A stretch of DNA of 64,000 nt. It comes from Alphaproteobacteria bacterium (lineage in GTDB: Bacteria; Pseudomonadota; Alphaproteobacteria; CACIAM-22H2). Where the stretch lies: NCBI GenBank assembly GCA_041690495.1, contig JAWLHE010000013.1, positions 12,446 to 76,445 on the forward strand, in the 5' to 3' direction. This document shows, in pieces, positions 58,369 through 64,000 of the stretch. Below the pieces are notes generated by a model. It made no database searches and was not told the DNA's origin. It saw only the letters and a program-made list of their open reading frames with translations. Within the stretch, counting starts at the first letter, position 1; each line of letters begins with the position of its first letter. Made by a program: the position numbers and the translations under genes.

Positions 58369-58449
58369 GGACAATAGAGAGGTCGCCCGCGTCGCGCAAC
58401 GGGAAGCTAGGCCTGCGACAACTTGACCTTGGAAGCACCGCGGAGGTTG

Positions 58450-58562
58450 CTCATCCTTCAAGACGCGATTTCGCTGTGCGCGAAATCGGTCCTCAGGATA
58501 AGGCCGTTAAGAAAGCACCGGCTCATCCTGAGGAACCCGCGACGCGGACATCTCGAAGAATA
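58450..58562. repeat. Two inverted copies of palindromic repeat (family C)
   Basis: CTCATCCTTCAAGACGCG...TCCTCAGGATAAG and CTCATCCTGAGGAA...CATCTCGAAGAA. Confidence 0.6.
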
Positions 58563-58578
58563 GGCCGAGTGCGCGTTC

Positions 58579-59034
58579 CTAGACCCGCCGCTTGACCAAG
58601 CTGGTGATGATTACGGTCATCACCGTCTCGCCCTTCTGGTTGATGGCGGAAACGCGGTATTTCAGCGCGCCGCGATCGGGCCTGGAGCGTGACGGCACGA
58701 CCTCGACGATTTCGACCTCGGCCCGCAGCGTGTCGCCGGGCCGCACGGGCTTCAGCCAGCGCAGCTCGTCCATGCCCGGCCCGCCCATGTTGTGGCCAAG
58801 GAAGCCGATCGAATGCACCAGGCGGAACGCCGCCGCGAGCGTCTGGAAGCCGCTGGCGATCAGCCCGCCGAAGATCGTGTGCTTCGCGCTTTCGACGTCG
58901 AGATGAAAGATCTGCGGATCGTAGCGGTGCGCGAACTGGATGATGTCGGTATCGGTGAACGTGTAGCCGTGCGCGCTCTCGAACCTGTCGCCCGGCTCGA
59001 AGTCCTCGAGGAAATAGTCGCGCGCCTGGGTCAT
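58579..59034 (-). CDS. MaoC family dehydratase
   Basis: YFLEDF, YDPQIFHLD, FGGLIASG, LRWLKPVRPGD. Confidence 0.93.
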   Translation of the reverse strand: MTQARDYFLEDFEPGDRFESAHGYTFTDTDIIQFAHRYDPQIFHLDVESAKHTIFGGLIASGFQTLAAAFRLVHSIGFLGHNMGGPGMDELRWLKPVRPGDTLRAEVEIVEVVPSRSRPDRGALKYRVSAINQKGETVMTVIITSLVKRRV

Positions 59035-59064
59035 GCTTCTCCACTCTTTCCAATATTCTTCACA

Positions 59065-59170
59065 TGTCGCCCGCGGACTTGATCCGCGGGCCCAGATCCA
59101 CTCTCGCCAAAGCGACTTTCGCGTTGTCGGAGCATCTCAATGGGTCCTCGGGTCAAGCCCGAGGACGACA
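59065..59170. repeat. REP-like palindromic element (family A)
   Basis: TGTCGCCCGCGGACTTGATCCGCGGG...CCTCGGGTCAAGCCCGAGGACGACA. Confidence 0.8.
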
Positions 59171-59192
59171 TTCTTTATTTTCATGGAAGCAA

Positions 59193-60257
59193 TCACAGCG
59201 CCTCGGCGATGGCCTTGCCCATTTCCGAGGTCTTCGTCTTGCCGCCGAGGTCGGGCGTGCGCAGGTCCGTTTCCGCGATCACCGTCTCGATCGCCCTGAC
59301 GATCGCGTCGGCCGCCTTCTGCTCGCCGAGATGCTCGAGCATCATGGCACCCGTCCAGATCTGGCCGATCGGGTTGGCGATGCCCTTGCCTGCAATGTCG
59401 GGGGCGGAGCCGTGCACCGGCTCGAACATCGACGGGTGCGTCTTCTCAGGGTTGATGTTGCCGCCGGGTGCTATGCCGATTCCTGCCGCCACCGCAGGCG
59501 CGAGATCGGACAGGATGTCGCCGAACAGGTTGCTGGCGACGATCACGTCGAACCAGTCGGGATGCCGCACCATGTGCGAGCACAGGATGTCGATGTGGTA
59601 CTGGTCCGTCTTGATCCCGGGGTAGTTCTTCTTCATCAGCGCGAAGCGCTCGTCCCAGTACGGCATCGAAATGCTGATTCCGTTCGACTTGGTCGCCGAC
59701 GTGACGTGATTCTTCTTGCCCCGCTTCTTCGCCAGCTCGAAGGCGTAGCGCATGATGCGATCGCAGCCCTTGCGCGTGAACGCCGCCTGCTGGATCGCGA
59801 CCTCGTCCTCGGTGCCCTCATAGAGCCGGCCGCCGATTGCGGAATACTCGCCTTCGACGTTCTCGCGCACGATCACCATGTCGATGTCGGCCGGGCTCCT
59901 GCCCTTCAGCGGCGAGTCCAGGCCCTTGAGCAGGCGCACCGGGCGCAGGTTGACATATTGCATGAAGCCGCGCCGGATCGGCACCAGCAGGCCCCACAGC
60001 GAGACATGGTCCGGCACGCCGGGGAAGCCGACAGCACCCAGGAATATCGCGTCGGACCTGCTGAGCTGGTCGAGCCCGTCCTCGGGCATCATCCGGCCGG
60101 TCTTGGTGAACTTCTCGCAGCTCCAGTCGAAATGCTCGAACTCGAGGACGAAACCGAACTTGCGCGCGGCGGCCTCGAGAACGCGCATTCCCTCCGGCAC
60201 GACCTCCTGGCCGATGCCGTCCCCCGGAATGGCGGCGATGCTGTAAGTCTTGCTCAT
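59193..60257 (-). CDS. Tartrate/D-malate dehydrogenase (decarboxylating)
   Basis: IPGDGIGQEV, VPDHVSLWG, TKSNGI, NLFGDILSD, EPVHGSAPDIAG. Confidence 0.93.
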   Translation of the reverse strand: MSKTYSIAAIPGDGIGQEVVPEGMRVLEAAARKFGFVLEFEHFDWSCEKFTKTGRMMPEDGLDQLSRSDAIFLGAVGFPGVPDHVSLWGLLVPIRRGFMQYVNLRPVRLLKGLDSPLKGRSPADIDMVIVRENVEGEYSAIGGRLYEGTEDEVAIQQAAFTRKGCDRIMRYAFELAKKRGKKNHVTSATKSNGISISMPYWDERFALMKKNYPGIKTDQYHIDILCSHMVRHPDWFDVIVASNLFGDILSDLAPAVAAGIGIAPGGNINPEKTHPSMFEPVHGSAPDIAGKGIANPIGQIWTGAMMLEHLGEQKAADAIVRAIETVIAETDLRTPDLGGKTKTSEMGKAIAEAL

Positions 60258-60404
60258 TAACGTTGATCCCTGGACGCGGATGAGGCCGGTAAACTAGGCA
60301 CCTCGCGCGTTCCGATCAACGCCGAAACGACCGCGCCAGGGACACAGAGTCGCGCTAAAGCCCCGCCCTTGGGACGAAGCCGATCACGAACGCTCGGAAG
60401 ATGC

Positions 60405-61262
60405 TCAGTCGCCGGCGGCGGCCAGATCGATACGCTCGCTCTGCGCTGCCTCCCAGCCGATCATCGCCAGCTTGCGCGGGCGGCCCCAGTGATAGTGGCT
60501 GATCGCGCCGGACTTGCGGATGACGCGGTGACACGGGATCAAATACGAGATCGGGTTGTCGCCCACCGCAGAGCCGACCGCGCGCGCGGCACCTGTGGCG
60601 CCGATCGCGGCGGCGAGGCCGTCATACGACACGAGTGCACCCTGCGGAATGCGCAGCAGCGCCTCCCACACCTTGATCTGGAACGGCGAGCCGTAGAGCA
60701 CCAGCTTCAGCCGTTCGCCGTCATGGCGGCGCGGCTGGAAGATGGCGCCGGCGATGCGCGCGATCTGCGCCTCGTCGGCGACGAACTTCGCCATCGGCCA
60801 GCGCGCGCGCATGTCGGCAAGGCAAGGCGCCCGCCCGCCCTCGCCGGCGAAGGCGAGCCCGCACACGCCGCGCGGCGTGGTCAGGATCAGGCAGTCACCG
60901 AACGGCGACTCGGCCCAGCCATAGGAGATTGTCAGTCCCAGCCCGCGCTGCTTGAACTCGCCCGGCGTCACGGCCTCGTGCGCGAGGAACAGGTCGTGCA
61001 GCCGGCTCGGGCCGGACAGGCCCGATTCGTGCGCGGCGTCGAGCACGCTCGACGAGGCTGTGAGGCAGGCCTTGGCGCGGTCGAGCGTCAGAAACTGCAG
61101 GAACTTCTTCGGGCTGACGCCGACCCAGCGCGTGAAAAGGCGCTGGAAATGGAACGGGCTGAGGCCTATCGACGCGGCGACGTCGTCGAGCTCCGGCTGA
61201 TCCTCGACGCGATCGGCGATATAGGCGAGGGCCTTCTCGATCCGGGCATAGTCGCTGGGCAT
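60405..61262 (-). CDS. AraC-HTH plus methylated-DNA-protein-cysteine methyltransferase (Ada/Ogt type)
   Basis: LSPFHFQRLF...GVSPK HTH; IPCHRV active site. Confidence 0.93.
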   Translation of the reverse strand: MPSDYARIEKALAYIADRVEDQPELDDVAASIGLSPFHFQRLFTRWVGVSPKKFLQFLTLDRAKACLTASSSVLDAAHESGLSGPSRLHDLFLAHEAVTPGEFKQRGLGLTISYGWAESPFGDCLILTTPRGVCGLAFAGEGGRAPCLADMRARWPMAKFVADEAQIARIAGAIFQPRRHDGERLKLVLYGSPFQIKVWEALLRIPQGALVSYDGLAAAIGATGAARAVGSAVGDNPISYLIPCHRVIRKSGAISHYHWGRPRKLAMIGWEAAQSERIDLAAAGD

Positions 61263-61445
61263 GGACGCACTCTCTGCCGTTGGAGAAATTTCGGCAAGAC
61301 TAGCGGTCGGGCGGTGCTCCCCCCACCCGCTTCTTGCGGGCTCGTGAGGCGAGATTCGCGAGCGCGATCAAATCATTACAGATGGTCGATCGTTCTTGCC
61401 GCGCGGCGTTTCTCAACGACTGGCGCGAACCGCCGCCGTCCGGTC

Positions 61446-61572
61446 AAAAAAGCGCCCGCCGCGGCAGGTCCGGGGCGGGCACAAGCTGGAGAGGTAGTGC
61501 GATGGACGGTTTGCGCTCGATTCACTTGGGGGTTCGGGGGGCCAAGCGCGCCCAGCCCTTGCCGCCCATCGC
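61446..61572 (-). ncRNA. Candidate small RNA (long hairpin, C-rich linker, terminator)
   Basis: 11-bp closing stem, 7-bp inner stem, ACUACCUCUCC single-stranded stretch, GCCCGCC/GGCGGGC terminator with U6; TATTCT -10-like element upstream. Confidence 0.5.
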
Positions 61573-61691
61573 GCCAGAATAGTGCCGTGACGGCATGCCG
61601 GCCGCAGTGATCATGATCACACCCGCATTCGGCCCGATGGCGTGGCGACTCGATGATCCTGTTCAGGGCGTCATGTGGTGCGACAGGCCGC

Positions 61692-62156
61692 TCATACGTC
61701 GAGCGGCCGCTCGAAATAGTGAATTCCAGGCAGCGGGTTGTCGTAATAGCGCGGAATCTCGCGGAAGCCGAGGCTGCGATAGAGCGCGATCGCCGCTTGC
61801 ATCGAGTCGTGCGTATCGAGCCGCATGGCGCGGTAGCCGCGCCGCCTGCCCTCTTCAACGATCGCACGCGCGAGCCGTCCGCCGACGGCGCGGCCGCGCC
61901 AGCCCGGGCGAACGTACAGCCGCTTCATCTCGCAGATATCCTCTTCGAGCGGCCGCAGCGCAACGACACCGGCGGCCTCTTCGTTCTCCACGGCCAGCAG
62001 AATGCGGCCCGCGGGCGCGGCATAGCAGCCGGGCAGATCCGCCAGCTCCTGCTCGAAGCCCTGGAAGCACAGATCGAAATCCAGCGAGCGCCCGTATTCG
62101 AGGAAGAGCGCGCGCACCTCGCCCATGTCGGCCGGCTCGGCCGGACGGATCACCAC
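61692..62156 (-). CDS. GNAT family acetyltransferase
   Basis: CFQGFEQELADLPG, CEMKRLYVRP, AIALYRSLGF. Confidence 0.92.
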   Translation of the reverse strand: MVIRPAEPADMGEVRALFLEYGRSLDFDLCFQGFEQELADLPGCYAAPAGRILLAVENEEAAGVVALRPLEEDICEMKRLYVRPGWRGRAVGGRLARAIVEEGRRRGYRAMRLDTHDSMQAAIALYRSLGFREIPRYYDNPLPGIHYFERPLDV

Positions 62157-62166
62157 CGGGGCCGGG

Positions 62167-62946
62167 TCAGATGAAGATCGAACCTTCAAGATATAGCACC
62201 GCCCTGCCCGCGACGACGACACGCGCGCCGCGGTCCTCGCACATCAGCTCGCCACCGCGCGCCGAGAGCTGGCGCGCCGAGAGCCTGCTCTTGCCGAGGC
62301 GCTTCGACCAGTACGGGATCAGCGTGCAGTGCGCCGAGCCGGTCACCGGGTCTTCCGGAACGCCCTGCCCCGGCGCGAAGAACCGGGACACGAAATCGCA
62401 ATCCGTACCCGGCGCGGTGACGATCGCGGCGAAGCGGTCGAGCGTCGCGATCCTCGCCATGTCGGGATTGAGCGCGCGGATATCGGCCTCGCTCTCGTAG
62501 ACCAGCAGATAGTCGCGCGCGGCCATCACCTCTTTCGGCGCCCTGCCGAAAGCCGCTTCGAGGCCAGGCGGAGAAGAGCATGGTTCGGGCGGACGCGCCG
62601 GCAGCTCGAGCGCGAGCATCTCGCCCTGCCGCGTCACCGTGAGCGGCCCGCTGCGGGTGGTGAAGCGCACCTGCCCGCGGCCGGGAGTCATCCTGGAGAA
62701 GATCAGATGCGCGCTGGCGAGCGTCGCGTGACCGCAGAGATCGACCTCCACCGCCGGTGTGAACCAGCGCAGGGCATAATCCTCGCCTTCGGGCACGAAG
62801 AACGCGGTTTCCGCCAGATTGTTCTCGGCGGCGATCGACTGCATCACGCTGTCCGGCAGCCAGGAGTCCAGCGGTACGATCGCCGCGGGGTTGCCGCCGA
62901 ATACGCGGGGCGCGAACGCATCGATCTGATAGATCGGCAAACGCAT
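62167..62946 (-). CDS. PhzF family isomerase/epimerase
   Basis: QIDAF...GNPAA, LAETAF, EVDLCGHATLA, EDPVTGSAH. Confidence 0.95.
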   Translation of the reverse strand: MRLPIYQIDAFAPRVFGGNPAAIVPLDSWLPDSVMQSIAAENNLAETAFFVPEGEDYALRWFTPAVEVDLCGHATLASAHLIFSRMTPGRGQVRFTTRSGPLTVTRQGEMLALELPARPPEPCSSPPGLEAAFGRAPKEVMAARDYLLVYESEADIRALNPDMARIATLDRFAAIVTAPGTDCDFVSRFFAPGQGVPEDPVTGSAHCTLIPYWSKRLGKSRLSARQLSARGGELMCEDRGARVVVAGRAVLYLEGSIFI

Positions 62947-62972
62947 GGTCATTCCTTGTCGCGGTGGCGCAT

Positions 62973-63578
62973 TCAGGCGCTCAGTGCCGGGCGCCTTCTC
63001 TTCGCCAGGCGATCCTCGAGGCGGCGCTTCACCTTGAGCCAGTCGCTGTCGACGATCGAGAACCAGACGCTGTGGCGGACGCGGCCCGAGGCCGTGATCA
63101 TGTGGTTGCGAAACGTCCCCTCCTCGACCGCGCCGAGTCGCGCAATAGCCTCCCGCGACTGCCGGTTCAGCGAGTCGGTCTTGAACTCGACGCGGATGGC
63201 GCCGAGCGTCTCGAAGGCGTGGGTCAGCATCAGCAGCTTGGCCTCGGTGTTGATCGCCGTGCGCTGCCATTGCCGGCCGATCCAGGTCCAGCCGATCTCG
63301 AGCCGGCGGTTGGCACGATCGATGTTGGCGTAACGCGTCGACCCGACCGGGCGGCCGGTGCTGCGCTCGATCGTCGCAAAGGGGAGCGCCGTGCCCGCGT
63401 CCTGCGCGTGCAGCGCCTCCTCGATGAACTCGGCGAGCTCGACGGAATTGGTTGCCGGCTTGGTGAACCATTGCAGCAGCGTGGGATCGAGCACGGCGCC
63501 GAGCGGGCCGAGATGGCCGCGCGACAGCGGTTCCAGCCTGGCGTGCTCGCCCGACAGGGTGACGGGTTCGATGCGCAT
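62973..63578 (-). CDS. GNAT (RimJ/RimL-type) acetyltransferase
   Basis: VGSTRY, LEIGWTW, NTEAKLLML, IARLGAVEEG. Confidence 0.92.
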   Translation of the reverse strand: MRIEPVTLSGEHARLEPLSRGHLGPLGAVLDPTLLQWFTKPATNSVELAEFIEEALHAQDAGTALPFATIERSTGRPVGSTRYANIDRANRRLEIGWTWIGRQWQRTAINTEAKLLMLTHAFETLGAIRVEFKTDSLNRQSREAIARLGAVEEGTFRNHMITASGRVRHSVWFSIVDSDWLKVKRRLEDRLAKRRRPALSA

Positions 63579-63589
63579 GCTTGCCTCCC

Positions 63590-64000
63590 TCAATTGTCGG
63601 CCTCGGGCGGCGCGTATCGCGCCATGTACTCCGCCAGCGCGCGGTCTTCGGCATTCGTGCTGGCGCCGAGCGCCGCGATGACGTTGCGGCGGTCGGTGGC
63701 GTTGCGGTTCTGGCTGAGCTTGTGCTTGCCCTCGAGACGCGCGATCTCGATCTCGAATCCGACGATGCCCCGAAGCATGCCGGCGACGTACTCCTGCGGC
63801 AGCCCCGCCATCTTCCACGGCTGCGCGCGGCCGGATTCGTATTGCACCGTCAGGCGCTGGACGATATCCGCGAGCCGCGCCGGATCGTCGACGATGCGTG
63901 CGCGGCCATAGGCGTGCACAGCCGCATAGTTCCATGTCGGCACCGACGGATGGGTGTCGTACCAGGACGGCGAGATGTAGCCGTGCGGCCCGAGAAAGAT
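63590..64000 (-). CDS. paiB: PaiB-type FMN-binding regulator (5' end truncated by window edge)
   Basis: GPHGYISPSWY, VPTWNYAAVH, KLSQNR. Confidence 0.9.
   Translation of the reverse strand: MFLGPHGYISPSWYDTHPSVPTWNYAAVHAYGRARIVDDPARLADIVQRLTVQYESGRAQPWKMAGLPQEYVAGMLRGIVGFEIEIARLEGKHKLSQNRNATDRRNVIAALGASTNAEDRALAEYMARYAPPEADN

Overview
GC-rich alphaproteobacterial chromosome segment (Rhodospirillales-like by gene content; inferred). Left to right it holds: the front of a Tad/Cpa (Flp) pilus locus; a stress/microoxia region (HPF-CSD, OmpA/DUF4398, PsiF, ArfB, two cytochromes c, CBS-BON, PAS-HWE kinase); a glycosyl/methyltransferase cluster; tcuAB; a type III-like Res/Mod pair just downstream of tRNA-Glu(CTC); a 2.95-kb mobile element; and core genes (ltaE, rluD, rpoH, purA, hisZ, serA, serC, tartrate dehydrogenase, ada/ogt, GNATs, phzF, paiB) interrupted by accessory inserts. 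The strongest candidate for an undescribed system is the element at 34636-37587. It has 26-bp terminal inverted repeats (24/26 identical) and a flanking direct repeat CCCCGCCGG, and it sits in a GC hairpin. It encodes a 687-aa Cys-rich, IS1-like but much larger transposase candidate (apparent D-D-D triad, SSB-like DEIPF tail) plus a passenger GNAT gene. Other notable items: a CpaC secretin fused to a RodZ-C-terminal-like domain, a candidate structured sRNA at 61446-61572, and several EcfG-type promoters in front of small unannotated ORFs. All calls come from reading motifs by eye; no database searches were run.
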